Of a DNA stretch of 64,000 nt, positions 26,038 through 39,341 are shown one piece after another (positions within the stretch are counted from its first letter, which is position 1; each line of letters opens with the position of its first letter). Both the position numbers and the translations under genes were made by a program. The stretch is taken from assembly GCA_951406725.2 (NCBI GenBank), contig OX597821.1, forward strand, positions 90,830,001 through 90,894,000, given 5' to 3'. This stretch comes from Octopus vulgaris (taxonomy: Eukaryota). A model generated the notes under the pieces. It saw only the letters and a list, made by a program, of their open reading frames with translations. It did no database searches and was not told the DNA's origin.

Positions 26038-26215
26038 GTATGAATATATGTATGTCTATAAATCTTTACCTATATATATATATATATATATATATAAAGA
26101 TGAATTGAAGAATATAATTCTAATAACCACATTGAACAAGAAAAGTATATGACAAATATAAAAATATAACCAATTTGATGCATACCTTACAGTATAGACA
26201 CACCTGCTAAAAAAC

Positions 26216-26309
26216 AGCCACTCCTTTCCTTGATTGCAGACCAATCACAATAGAACTGTTGCTTTTATTTTCAACCAATCAAAAGCAAAACCAACAATAG
26301 CCACTCCTT
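26216..26309. promoter_or_regulatory. Possible CCAAT/GT-box regulatory module
   Basis: ACCAATCA twice (CCAAT at 26241 and 26275) bracketed by AGCCACTCCTT twice. Confidence 0.25.
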
Positions 26310-26479
26310 ATTTCCAAATTTCACTTGTAGAGCCAACAAGGAAGTCTCTGATCAATCACTCAAGCTGCAAGAAATAGCAGTTAAATCTCATTCAAAGCAG
26401 ACAACCATTTTAATTAAAGGAAGAAATGCCAGATTATATAATTTAGTTTGAGATATGCTTTGTTTAGAAAATATATGAC

Positions 26480-26598
26480 TCACTACATGGTACCTTGGGC
26501 AAGTAAGTGTCTTTATTATTGCCTTGGATAAACCAAATCTTTGTGAGTGAATTTGGTAGATGAAAACTGAAAAAGCACATCATATATATAAATATCCA

Positions 26599-26679
<81 letters not shown>

Positions 26680-27005
26680 GTCTATCTATATGTCTACACA
26701 CACACACACATATATATATATGCACACATACATACATGTATGTGTTTGTATGTGTGCATGTACTTGTGCGAGTGTGTGTGTGTATGGATCATTGTGTTTG
26801 TGTTTATCTCTCACCATGTGACAGCTAATGCTGCTTAATTTTCTTATACCCCCATAACTTAACAGTTCAGGAAAAGAGACTAATAGAATAATAAATACTA
26901 AGTTTAAAAGTACGTATTGGGATCTATTTGTTCAACTAAACCCTTCAAAGCAGTGTCCCTGCATGAAAACAGATCAATGTCTTAAACAAGTAAAACATAA
27001 AAGAT
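26480..27005 (+). mobile_element. Old SINE family A copy with expanded (ATCT)n
   Basis: GGTACCTTGGGCAAGT...GTGAGTGAATTTGGTAGA...; diverged tail. Confidence 0.7.
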
Positions 27006-27338
27006 AGTTAGAGCTGCTTGATTAAGGATCCACTGCATGTAAACAACCACATTAAATCAATACTTCCACAGTAATATGTGTAATTATATACACAGTTTTT
27101 AACCTTGCTTTAACATCTCCCCTCTGAAGATAGTTACAAGCACGGTTGAAAGTTATGCCAGATATTTATATTCCTTTTGGCTGGAAAACATATGAGATGC
27201 AACTTTGTAATACTAACAAGATGTTCATTTGAATAATAAGAATGGCCTAACATTAAATGGGTTAATAGCTTTTCCTGATGTTTATCTAACCAAAAATTCA
27301 TTAATGAAAGGTCAAACTCTAATGAGATGTATGTAAGA

Positions 27339-27386
<48 letters not shown>

Positions 27387-27693
27387 ATGTGTGTGTATAT
27401 ATATATGAGTGTGTGTGTATATGTATATATATATATATATATATCCGTAGGTATTTATATATATTTACATGTATATATAAATTTATGATAGTATATTTAT
27501 GTATATGTATATAAATTTTTATGTGTAAACATTTAGACATCCTAGATTATGTATCCTGGAAGTTAGTCATACCATGTGTGTGTGTGTGTGTGTATATGCA
27601 CATGTTAATATCTATACATACATACATGTGTGTGTGTGTATGTATGAGAGAGAGAAAGAGAGAAGTGTATGTATATGTGTATGTATGTATGCA

Positions 27694-27734
<41 letters not shown>

Positions 27735-28288
27735 TGGATTATGTATCTTGTACATTGACCATGCTATTCTATCTTACATTGTATCATCTTTCAGGAATCG
27801 TTGCTCTGTAAGAATTAAGCTACAGCAGACTGCAGAACTAACAAAGTGAAGCTAATTTGCAATATTTAGAAAGCTAAAATTCTAATTGAATTTCATATTG
27901 AAGAACAAGAACTTATGACCAGCTGTAGGTGTTCATTGTACACTTGATTAGATCTTCATAAAACTACTTTCTTGCTAACTAATTAAGCTTGTGTTCTCTT
28001 TGTGTACATTTGTCTTCAAATAGTAATGTATGTATGCATGTTTGTATGTATGTGTGCATTTGTATGTATATATATATATGCATGTAGGTAGGTTTGTGTC
28101 TAAGTATGTGTACATAATATATACACATGTGTGTCTAAGTGAGCATACATGTGTATATGTGATATCAATATATGTATACATACACATACATAAATACAAA
28201 CATACACACACGTACACTCTTATATGTATATATATACATACACACACACACACATATATATATATACACACAACACACACACACACAC

Positions 28289-28325
<37 letters not shown>

Positions 28326-29258
28326 CACATACACACACACATATATATACACACATACATACACAAACATACACACACATACACACAAACGCACATGTAC
28401 ACACAAGATGTATTTATGAAACTGAGCATACATACATAAACATGCTTGTTGTTGTTGTACATTAAGACTCAGATAACTCTGTCTCTCACACCATGTCCAT
28501 GTACGTGTGTATATGTGTATATCTATATACATATATACATATTCATGAGTCTATAGGCACATGTGTATACAAAGTTTATTGAAATCTCTCATAACCAAGA
28601 TTTACATAGTTCCCAATAAACCATAACAGTTGCTGTAGCTGTTCTTTCTCCGAATAAGATAATCCCTCAAACAAGTCAATTTGTTATTCTGATACAATTT
28701 ATAATATCTTTCATATTGAATATCGCCCTGTGAATTGATCAGGAAATGCATGGGGCTTATACAAAGTTTTGCCCAGTAAGTTTAGCCATGAGATACAATA
28801 GAAATCCTGAAGCTAAACGAATATTACAAAGTATTTGATTAACTATTTGTGGTTTTAAGTAAGATATGTAGCTCTTATGGGAAATTAGAGATTAACTTAC
28901 TCAGGTGTTCCTGAATGATTTCTATCTCACCTCTTTGTATGATTAGTATTGAATAACGAAGCAGAGTCATGGATTGGCACATATGCTTGAGAAACCACAC
29001 AAAATAACTTTTGGTATTTTGTGTCAGTGAGGGAAGTCATGAGTGAAAAGAATCAAGCATCTGTGTTGTTACACATAGCAACCAAATTCCCTATAAAGCA
29101 TGCTCCCTAACAAAATCTTATATATGGAAGGTCATATCGAATAATATGATAGTCCTAGGTGTACTGCGCTTGAAAGAAACATGACCAGACGGTCAGTGGT
29201 AAATTGCTTTTGGTCATAATTCTGCTCAGTCAAGAAGAACTTGCAGCGTTCAGTTGTA

Positions 29259-29685
29259 TTCTTTTACTCTTTTACTCTTTTACTTGTTTCAGTCAATTGA
29301 CTGTGGCCATGCTGGAGCACCGCCTTTAGTCGATCAAATCGACCCCGGGACTTATTCTTTGTAAGCCCAGTACTTATTCTATTGGTCTCTTTTGCCAGAC
29401 CGCTAAGTGACGGGGACGTAAACACACCAGCATCGGTTGTCAAGCAATGCTAGGGGGACAAACACAGACACACAAACCCACATACGCACACACACATATA
29501 TATATATATATATACATATATACGATGGGCTTCTTTCAGTTTCCATCTACCAAATCCACTCACAAGGCATTGGTCTGCCCGGGGCTATAGCAGAAGACAC
29601 TTGCCCAAGATGACATGCAGTGGGACTGAACCCGGAACCATGTGGTTGGTTAGCAAGCTACTTACCACACAGCCACTCCTGCACC
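29259..29685 (-). mobile_element. SINE family A
   Basis: Full reverse-complement match. Confidence 0.92.
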
Positions 29686-30539
29686 TATATGTTTTCTTTT
29701 TTTTTTTTTGGGTTCAAATCCTGCAAGAATGAAATTTGCTTCAAACTGATTTCATGATCAATAAATACTGACCAGTTAAGTACAGGGATCAGATCAAAAT
29801 TTCAGTGAAGAAGTTCTATCAGTGTTTTTTCTCTGACAGTAGGTGCCACCTGGAATATTAAGCGCTACCTCATGCCTGACACTTCAATATACCCCATTAT
29901 ATTTTTGCATCCATTTACATAGATCTTTACCATGAAAGTAGCAACAGCATCTCCCAAATATCAAACTTGCCCCATCTTACCAAATTATTTATTTCCAATT
30001 TTAATACATGGAAATTCTGGTACATGAACGCATGTCAATTCTTAAAAAAGTTATTATGAGTCGTTTCCTTTGCCTTTGTTTGTTTTCTCAAGCATTGACC
30101 ACTAATGTTTACCTCTCCATGATACAGGTACACTCCCAATTAATGTTATCATACTTGCACATTAAACATGCTTGTACTTACTTAACTAATTAAAAGACAG
30201 TTAGACAAACACTTTATCTGATGAAATCACAGTCTTAATTGAAGAGCGCACATTGGATCCTTATTACAAAGGCTGTGAAAAATTGTAGGAAAATGAGATT
30301 TCATTAAAACAGTTAGAAAATTGTTTGAGCTAATAAGGGAGCTTTTATGTGAACACAAGACCTGCTAGAAGCAGCCAGTAAAGATATACTTGGGATCAAC
30401 AGTAACATTTAAAAGTGACCATTAGATATATGTGTAGACCCAAAGGAGACCAAAGTTCTTATTCATGGTGTGCCAAAATACATAACCCTTTCCATTCAGT
30501 TTAACATGTTCAGTTGCCACCAAACTTCTTGGTAAAGCA

Positions 30540-31760
30540 AAAAGAATTTTTGGAAATTATTAAAGCCATCATCTAAAAAGACATATTTTGAAGGAATAGG
30601 ATCAACAGACTTTTCATGTTAACAGTTGATGAAACTTCAGATATATTTAGCAAGAAAAATTCCATTCTATACTTCAAAGTAATATCTAAAGATTGAACTG
30701 TGGATAAAGGATTTTGATGGACTAATTTAGATATAGGTGTATGATGTATTCTCTCAGTAGTCAAAAAGTTTTATGAAAAGAAGAAATTTGTACTCCTAAA
30801 AATGATTATGCATACATCTGGTGGAACTGCAGTAATGTTGGACAGACTCATAGTTATGTAGTAATAGGACTTTCCCTGCTTTGTTCACAACAATGTATAG
30901 AACACCATGAGGATGAATCTGTAAAGAAGTCAAGTTAGTGAGAAACATTAACCCTTTAGTGTTTAAACTGGCCATATCCGTCCCAAATATTCTATATGTT
31001 TTATATTCAAACTGGTGATATCTAGCCTCTCACACCTAACCTACAGTGACATTCTAAAAACAAACAATCACGTCATTGAAACCTCAAAGCTATAAGATAA
31101 TGCATGATTAATTAAAAACAATTTGAGTAAAAAAAAATATTACATTTAACAGAGTAATCTGAACATTAAAGGGTTAAAACCTTTTTGAGAACAATCTGTA
31201 CTGTATTTTCTCAATCTACTTTTAAAAATTACAAATTTAAAAATAAGTTGCAGAGGCTTCTGAAAATAAAGATATTGCTTTGAGATCAGTTAATGAAGTT
31301 AGGTGGTTATCTAGATTCTTTGCATTGTAGACAAGAAAAAAAATATGAGGCAAGGATCATCTACTTTGAAGAAGATAAATCAACTGACCCTATGGTGAAA
31401 TACTGACACAAGAAATTGATAAACATCACATCCAAAGTAACATCACAAGTTTTAACTGATGTCTTTGAAGAATTGACTATACTGGATTATGTGAAGGAGC
31501 GGCTTGACAATAATTGATTCAATTCATTTTGCAAGGGGCAAAATTAATAAGGTAAGAAAGTAGTATTTAGGAGACAATGTTTCCCAAAGTAACAAAGTTA
31601 AAATTTTGCTAAGCTGATGATGTGGAGGAAATGTAATAGTATACAGAATTTGGCTATTGACTGCTGCAAATTCTTTTTATGTATTCTTTTAGAAGGAAAG
31701 TTTCCTGAAGAAGAGATTTTAAAACTTTCAGTTTTTCATTTCTTCAGTTATGTAACTTCA
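30540..31760 (+). mobile_element. Heavily decayed hAT transposase remnant
   Basis: FMLTVDETSDI at 30613 resembles the first catalytic-Asp motif of hAT (ZMYM1/THAP12-type) transposases; many stops; boundaries approximate. Confidence 0.5.
30952..31173. mobile_element. piggyBac-type MITE
   Basis: TTAA|CCCTTTAGTGTTTA ... TGAACATTAAAGGG|TTAA. Confidence 0.85.
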
Positions 31761-31831
31761 TAATTGGTGAACAAATTAATGTCTTATGTATGAATAATAT
31801 AATTTTCAAGCTGAAAATTCTGAAATAATAA

Positions 31832-32235
31832 TCTTTTTTACTCTAGGCACAAGGCCTGAACTTTTTGTAGAGGGGGCGGGGCTGTCAAATAGATCAACTC
31901 CAGTACACATCTGGTACTTGATTTATCTCCCCTGAAAGGATGAAAGGCAAAGTCAACCTCAGAGGAATTTGAACCTAGAACGTAAAGACAGATGAAATAC
32001 CTATTTCTTTACTACCCACAAGGGGCTAAACACAGAGAGGACAAACAAGGACAGACAAACGGATTAAGTCGATTACATCGACCCCAATGCGTAACTGGTA
32101 CTTAATTTATCGACCCCGAAAGGATGAAAGGCAAAGTTGACCTCAGCAGAATTTGAACCCAGAACGTAGAGACAGACGAAATACCGCTAAGCATTTCACC
32201 CAGCTTGCTAATGATTCTGCCAGCTCACTGCCTTA
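31832..32235 (-). mobile_element. Dimeric SINE family B with 10-bp TSD
   Basis: TSD CTGAAATAAT at 31820 and 32238. Confidence 0.88.
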
Positions 32236-32335
32236 TACTGAAATAATTATGCAAATTAAAACTTACAAATCTTTAAGCGAAAAAAAAAATTCTATCTGAT
32301 TTCAATGTTTTACTCAAAAGATGACATTTGTATTT

Positions 32336-32962
32336 TGACCTGCTAGCATTTACAATTGGCCATATTAGGGCCAAATATTCTACTGTTTTATTTTCAAACT
32401 AGCCAGGTATGGCCTCTCACATGTACCCTGCAATGTCATTCTAAAAATAAACAATTACTTCATTGAAATCTTGAAATTATGAAGCATGATTAATTCTACA
32501 CTACTCTTTTACTCTCTTTTACTTGTTTCAGTCATTTGACAGCGGCCATGCTGAAGCACCACCATCAGTCAAGCAAATTGACCTCAGGGCTTATTCTTTG
32601 TAAGACTAGTACTTATTCTATCGGTCTCTTTTGCCGAACCGCTAAGTTATGGGGATGCAAACACAACAGCATCGGTTGTCAAGTGGGGAACAAACACAGA
32701 CATGTAAACACACACACATATATATATATATACATATATGCAACAGGCGTCTTTCAGTTTCTATCTTCCAAATCCACTCACAAGGCTTTGGTTGGCCTGA
32801 GGCTATAGTAGAAGACACCTAAGGTGCCATGCAGTGATAATGAACCCGGAACCCTGTGGTTGGTAAGCAAGCTACTTACCATGCAGTCACTCCTGCAACT
32901 ATACACTATGTAAATAAATAAACAATATATTTGACAGAGTAATCTACATGCTAAAGGGTTAA
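32336..32962. mobile_element. piggyBac-type MITE interrupted by SINE A
   Basis: Colinear with 30952-31173; ends GCTAAAGGG-TTAA. Confidence 0.75.
32504..32901 (-). mobile_element. SINE family A nested in MITE
   Basis: Flanked by TACACTA direct repeat. Confidence 0.88.
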
Positions 32963-33403
32963 AATGAACAGTCTTTTTGACTTTGCAAAATCTTTGGATA
33001 ATGGAAGAAATGGTTTTGCCCTTATGTGTGAGGTATTTTTATCTAATGAATTAACTATAAAACAATCTGAGTAACTGTTTATGTAAATCCATTTCACATG
33101 CTAATGAAAATCAAAAGTTATTTATTGGGGGAAAATTCTAATAGTCTAGATGTAATTTACAAAGAATGTCTAAATACTAAAGACCAGAGGAAGAAAAATA
33201 ACTTTTCTGAGCAATTTTATGTCAAACATTTTGTAAAATTACATAAACTGTTCAACCTGTGAAGATTTTCACAAGCATCTGGATAGTTTTTTTAGCTACC
33301 TTTGTAACCATTTCCAGCAACTTTGATGCCACCTTAGTCTATTGGCTGTAGACATCTGACACCTTCAATCATACCCAGCAAAATAAGCCGAGAGTTTTCA
33401 TCA

Positions 33404-33438
<35 letters not shown>

Positions 33439-33460
<22 letters not shown>

Positions 33461-33747
33461 TCAGATACCAGGAAACCCCAAAATGGCAGAAATTCAAAAG
33501 ATAGTGCTCATGGGAACTGCTTATATCCTACGCAAAATACTCTCTATGTAATCTCAAGGTTTAAAACAAACATTTTTTTTTTTTAAGTTATTTATTAGAT
33601 ATTCACTAGTACAACACAAAAAAAAACCCCAAATATATGGCACACTAGGCATAACAACAACGTGAACCTCCAACCTGTTGTCTCTTGAGGTCTCTGGGTG
33701 AGACTTAGAGCCAACTTGTACAAACATAAAGCAAAAGTCAAACATAG
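33439..33747 (+). mobile_element. R4/Dong-like LINE 3' end in (TAA)n
   Basis: QIPGNPKMAEIQKIVLMGTAYILRKILSM*, the characteristic R4/Dong C-terminus; (AAT)n on both sides. Confidence 0.8.
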
Positions 33748-34101
33748 AAAAATAATAATAATAATATTTTGTTTATTAGCCACAAAGTTACATAAAGATA
33801 CAGAATATGAAATTATTATAAAGGGTTAGAAAGAAAAGAAAAGTGAAGTGTAAACAATATATTCTCAAACACAAAAGGGAAGCACTGCCTAATATATGAA
33901 TGAATGTATTAGATTTCAAAAAGTACATATAGTTGAACAGTAATGAAAAAAAATGTATGATAATGCATAGTAATTAAACAAGATATAATGAAAAGGAGAT
34001 AGAATATGAAAGATTAAAGGCTTGGTTGGATTTGCTTTATCCATGCCTTATCCATGAACCACTTCTGAAATTTGTTTGGCTGGGGGAAGATGAACTGGTA
34101 A

Positions 34102-34153
34102 GCATTTTTGGAGAGAACATTTGGTGTTGCAAACCCCAACATCCTTGACATAT
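34102..34153 (-). mobile_element. Possible decayed gag/ORF1 zinc knuckle
   Basis: ICQGCWGLQHQMFSPK followed by an out-of-frame Cys. Confidence 0.3.
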
Positions 34154-34533
34154 GCTCTTATAATTTCATTGTAATGTCTTAGCTTTATTTTGACTAATAA
34201 TTTGTCTTGTGTTCATTGTTATATTCTAAACCTATTTTCTGTGTCATAATTCTTCAGAAAGTTCATGATACCAGAAATGCTTCATTTTATCTAGTTTCTT
34301 TCTTTTTTTTTTTTTTTTTTTTTTAAGTTGATAGTGAATCTTAGTATGTTTTTGTCCTTGCATTTTCTTTACTGTTTTCTTGGGGAAGTCATTTTGAAGA
34401 AATTGTTCCTACTTCACTGCTTTCACTGTTTTATGTTGGATGATTTTCTGTGATTTTCCTTCTATTTCCATTTCGTGGTTGTTTTGCAATAATATGTAGA
34501 TCTTCATCTGTAAATGTTTTCCCTCTTTACCCA

Positions 34534-34697
34534 GGCACAGGAGTGGCTGTGTGGTAAGTAGCTTGCTTCCCAGACACATGGTCTGGGTTCAGTCCCACTG
34601 CGTGGCACCTTGGGCAAATGTCTTCTACTATAGCCTCGGGCCGACCAAAACCTTGTGAGTGGATTTGGTAGACAGAAACTGAAAGAAGCCCATCGTA

Positions 34698-34758
<61 letters not shown>

Positions 34759-34970
34759 TTGTGTGCTTGTCACCCCACCAACATCGCTTGACAACCGATG
34801 CTGGTGTGTTTACATTCCCCATAACTTAGCGGTTCGGCAAAAGAGACCGATAGAATAAGTACTAGGCATACAAAGAATAAGTCCTGGGGTCGATTTGCTC
34901 GACTACAGGTGGTGCTCCAGCATGGCCACAGTCAAATGACTGAAACAGGTAAAAGAGAATTAAAAGAGAA
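34534..34970 (+). mobile_element. SINE family A
   Basis: Full match. Confidence 0.92.
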
Positions 34971-36004
34971 TACAATTGTATGGTACTATTAGTTGGTACC
35001 ATTATGAGACAAGGTATTTGTACATCTGCTAGGCATGAAGGGGTTTCTCTCACTCTCCCCAGATGTTCGGCCGCCCCCACCGTTTTCTTTTCTCTTTTTT
35101 TTCTTCTTCTGTTTAGGTTTTCTAGTCCTTTTAAGCATCTTGGTTACGATGTGATTTTTATAGCAACAAATGCAACAACTATGATTTCTGACTGGTATCA
35201 TAAATCTCATACCTACTCATTGTTTTGGTGCCTTCACTGGCCAAGTTCTTGTCTAGTTCTGTTACCTTTGTAGTTCATTAGGAATAGCAGATCTATTTCT
35301 GACACTCTCTGATAATATATTATCTTTTGAGCCCTGCATTGATCCGCAGACCTACATAATTTCTACTGTATCGTCATTCTTGTTTGTTTTCCTTTGATGC
35401 ATGTACTGTGGCATGGGTGTAAAGATGGAGATATGCCTGACAATTTCTACCTATGTTTTGACTTTGTCTGCAGTTGTGAAGGCACAGTAAATAAGGCCAT
35501 AATTATTAAACTTTACAATTAAGAGGTCTTCACCTGATATGTCCTAAAGAGCTTATACTGTTTGATGAAGGAGAAGACTTAGTCCACTTCCATGATTTCA
35601 GAAGTCAAGATTTGTAATTTTCTTTTGCTTTCTTTAGGATTGGCTCCTGTGGTAACAAATGCCGTTCAGTCTTATGTCTGTTCGGTTTCTGTTGTGGAAT
35701 GGTTTACCATGACACAACTAATTTATGAATGACTTACAGTGTTTGACATTGTGTAAGAGTTGCTCCAGCATTTGTTATTATTATTATTATTGAAATTGTA
35801 TGAATGAGAAAATTCAACACATGAAAATGCTTTTTTTTTACCTCTCTTTTTGGGTATAGAGAGCAGGCATTTCTTAAGTAATTGAAGTTCTTTTTTACAA
35901 GTAGATGAAAGAAAATTGCATTTGGGGATATTTGAAATATAACTTATATCAAAAAAGTAGGAAAAAACAATGTCTTCGCACCTCAAGATTCAAATATAAT
36001 AATA

Positions 36005-36065
<61 letters not shown>

Positions 36066-36068
36066 TAA

Positions 36069-36382
36069 AATGTTGAAGCTTAGTACTATGATAATGCCTG
36101 TAGTAACTGGTGCTTTGGGAATGATAAAGAAGGGAACTGAGAAGTATATTAAGCAACTCCCTGGTAACTCCTGGTAACTCCAATCTCCATGAACTACAAA
36201 AGATAACCTTGATGGGTACAGCTCATATACTACGGAAAGCACTCACCATCTAAAATGGAATAAATGTGGTGATAATCTTAGTATGTATTGCAAAACAAAA
36301 ATGCCCTTGCTACTCTTGGCTTCCGGAGGATGCCCGGTACCAAAGCAGCTGAAATAAAGTTATAGCTAAAAGAAACCATAAA
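36069..36382 (+). mobile_element. R4/Dong-like LINE 3' end, second lineage
   Basis: MLKLSTMIMPVVTGALGMIKKGTEKYIKQLPGN / ELQKITLMGTAHILRKAL; follows (AAT)n. Confidence 0.8.
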
Positions 36383-36519
36383 TGATAATAATAATAATAA
36401 TGAAGCATAATCAGCCCGTAAACAAGTGCCACCTTAGTCTGCTGGCTGTGGACAGCTGACACTTTCCCTCATATCCAGCAAAATAAGCTGAGAGTTTTCA
36501 TCTAATAATGATAATAATA

Positions 36520-36705
36520 GCACAACACCAGAAAATGCTGCCTAAAAGACTGAAAGAGATTGGAACTGAAATTTGCATTGTCCATTTGCAGAAAAGTACC
36601 ATTCTATATTCTGGAAGAATCCTTAGAAAGTTTCTTGAGATTTGAGGAGTCTTGTTGTCACCAAACATCAATATAAAATACCTGCTAACTAAATTAGTAT
36701 GCACT
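36520..36705 (+). mobile_element. R4/Dong-like LINE 3' end, third lineage
   Basis: MLPKRLKEIGTEICIVHLQKSTILYSGRILRKFLEI*; follows (AAT)n. Confidence 0.7.
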
Positions 36706-36717
36706 TAGGTACTACTG

Positions 36718-36910
36718 TGGAGGTGCGTGGCTTAGTGGTTAGGGTATCAACATCATGATCGTAAGATTGTGGTTTTGATACCTGGCCCAGGCGACGCGTT
36801 GTGTTCTTGAGCAACAACACTTCATTTCACATTGCTCCGGTCCACTCAGCTGGGGAACACATACGCCATTGAAACCAGGAAACCCAGGCCCATGAGTTTA
36901 AAAGGGTGCA
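36718..36910 (+). mobile_element. SINE family C, internally deleted
   Basis: TGGAGGTGCGTGGCTTAGTGGTTAGGG...TTCTTGAGCAAC...CCACTCAGCTGG. Confidence 0.8.
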
Positions 36911-36944
36911 TTTATTATTTTTTATTAGGGACTACTAATAATAA

Positions 36945-37225
36945 TCCTTTCTGTTATAGGTACATGACCTGAAATTTTTTGACTGAAAGATAGTTAATTT
37001 CATCAACCATCATACTTAAATGGTATTTATTTTATTGAGCTCCAGCATGGAACACAGACGTTAAATGATAATGATTATGATGATGATGATGATGATGATG
37101 AAGATGGTGATGAGACTGAAAGGATGAATGGCAAAGTTGACTTAGGTGAATTCTGAGCTCAGAATATAAAGATGGATGAAATGGGACTAAGCATTTTGTC
37201 CGGATGCTAACAATTCTGCCATCTT
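36945..37225 (-). mobile_element. Old SINE family B copy with a short RTE-tail insertion
   Basis: GAAAGGATGAATGGCAAAGTTGAC...; CAGCATGGAACACAGACGTTAAA(TGA)n inside. Confidence 0.6.
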
Positions 37226-37232
37226 GCTATCT

Positions 37233-37264
37233 AAGTAGTAGTAGCAACAGCAGCAGCAGCAGTG

Positions 37265-37313
<49 letters not shown>

Positions 37314-37348
37314 CAGCAACAGCAGCAGTGGTAGTAGTAGCAGCAGTG

Positions 37349-37379
<31 letters not shown>

Positions 37380-37414
37380 CAGCAGCAGCAACAGCAGCAA
37401 CAGTAGCAGCAGTG

Positions 37415-37478
<64 letters not shown>

Positions 37479-37499
37479 CAGCAGCAGCAGCAGCAGCAA

Positions 37500-37549
<50 letters not shown>
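37233..37549. repeat. (AGT)n/(AGC)n compound microsatellite
   Basis: Direct runs. Confidence 0.96.
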
Positions 37550-37997
37550 AAACATTAATAATTTATGAATAAAATGGGTGTTATTATTAATAATTTATTT
37601 CAAAATTGCATGATATAAAACTGAAAAGTTGCTCATTGATATTTTATTTAATGGAACAACAAACTGAACAAAGCAGTTCAAAGTCTAGAATAAAATCTGT
37701 TACATCCTAAAAGGCAATCAAACTGGTATTATATTAAAACAAAAGCGGCAACAAAGCTCTTACATGGTAAAAAAAAAGAAAAAAACCCACCAACAAAACC
37801 CACTCTCCTGCACAAAAAAAATTGTTTAAAGGAAGCATATTAAAATATTTTAAGAAACTTTATCAAATGAAAACTTATTGAAAAATAAAACTCTTTGCTT
37901 TTTGTTTTGTTTTGATTTGATGACAAATTATACAAATTCAGTAAATTCTATTTTGCTAAAGTTTGTAAACATCTACGAGTTTCGAGATGCTTTGATA

Positions 37998-38218
37998 ACT
38001 CTTTACTCTTTTACTCTTTTACTTGTTTCAGTCATTTGACTGCGGCCATGCTGGAGCACTGCCTTTAGTCGAGCAACTAGACCCCGGGACTTATTCCTTG
38101 TAAGCCCAGTACTTATTCTATCGGTCTCTTTTGTCGAACCGCTAAGTGACGGGGACATAAACACACCAGCATCAGTTGTCAAGCAATGCTAGGGGGACAA
38201 ACACAGACACACAAACAT

Positions 38219-38257
<39 letters not shown>

Positions 38258-38424
38258 CATATATACGACGGGCTTCTTTCAGTTTCCGTCTACCAAATCC
38301 ACTCACAAGGCTTTGGTCAGCCCGAGGCTATAGTAGAAGACACTTGCCCAAGGTGCCACGCAGTGGGACTGAACCCGGAACCATGTGGTTGGTAAACAAG
38401 CTACTTACCACACAGCCACTCCTG
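37998..38424 (-). mobile_element. SINE family A
   Basis: Full reverse-complement match. Confidence 0.92.
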
Positions 38425-38687
38425 CAAATTCTTAAAAATCATATTTAGTATGCTTTCTTTATCATAATTCTTGCATAAGGGTAGTAATCTTGACAGTAGT
38501 ACCTCTACTAGGCTTTCACTAAAACCTGCTTAAAAGAGAATTTTATAAGCCTTAAGTTACCAAAATTAGCAACATCTCAGAATTCCGATACTTTTGTTAC
38601 TGTAAAATAGCTTGCACAGCATAAAATATGCATGCAGAGGCTACTAAAATGTTAATACATGCACACATACATGTATGTATATATACA

Positions 38688-38740
<53 letters not shown>

Positions 38741-38741
<1 letters not shown>

Positions 38742-39211
38742 GAACATCAATGGAATTTGTATCTTTGTGGTACCAGTGCCGGTGGCACACAAGAAAACCA
38801 TCCGAACGTGGCCGTAGCCAGTACCGCATCAACTGGCCTCCTTGCTGTGGGCACGTAACAAACACCATCCGATCGTGGCCGTTCGCCAGCCTCATCTGGC
38901 ACCTGTGTCGGTGGCACATAAAAACACCATCCGAGCGTGGCCGTCTGCCAGCCTCTTCTGGCACATGTGTCGGTGGCACATAAAAGAACACCATCCGAGC
39001 ATGGCCATTCACCAGCCTCGTCTGGCACCTGTGTCGGTGGCACATAAAATCACCCACTACACTCTCGGAGTGGTTGGCGTTAAGAAAGGCATCCAGCTGT
39101 AGAAACACTGCCAGATCTGAATGGCTTGGTGCAGCCTTCGGGCTCCCCAGACCCCAGTTGAACCGTCCAACCCATGCTAGCATGGAAAGCGGACGTTAAA
39201 TGATGATGATG

Positions 39212-39212
<1 letters not shown>
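38741..39212 (+). mobile_element. RTE-clade LINE 3'UTR, four tandem ~62-bp units
   Basis: Repeated ACCATCCGA...GCCAGCCTCxTCTGGCACCTGTGTCGGTGGCACA; tail GGACGTTAAA(TGA)n. Confidence 0.9.
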
Positions 39213-39249
<37 letters not shown>

Positions 39250-39341
39250 TCACCACCTCATGAATGGCACCCATGAATTGGCAGTGATGAAATAAAGAAG
39301 GTCAAGGAATATGTCTACCTGGGACAGGAAGTGAATATGTC
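39250..39341 (+). mobile_element. RTE reverse-transcriptase fragment
   Basis: IGSDEIKKVKEYVYLGQEVNM, the RT 'YLG' motif. Confidence 0.7.

Noticed and set aside
28901-28970. Minus-strand GTAAGT donor preceded by GEIEIIQEHL
   Set aside because: No credible acceptor or polypyrimidine tract.
30200-30360. Possible mariner transposase C-terminal remnant
   Set aside because: Resemblance too faint, with no intact motif or TIR.
38770-39050. CRISPR-like repeat array
   Set aside because: Units are tandem copies without unique spacers, lie in an RTE 3'UTR, and there are no cas genes in this eukaryotic DNA.
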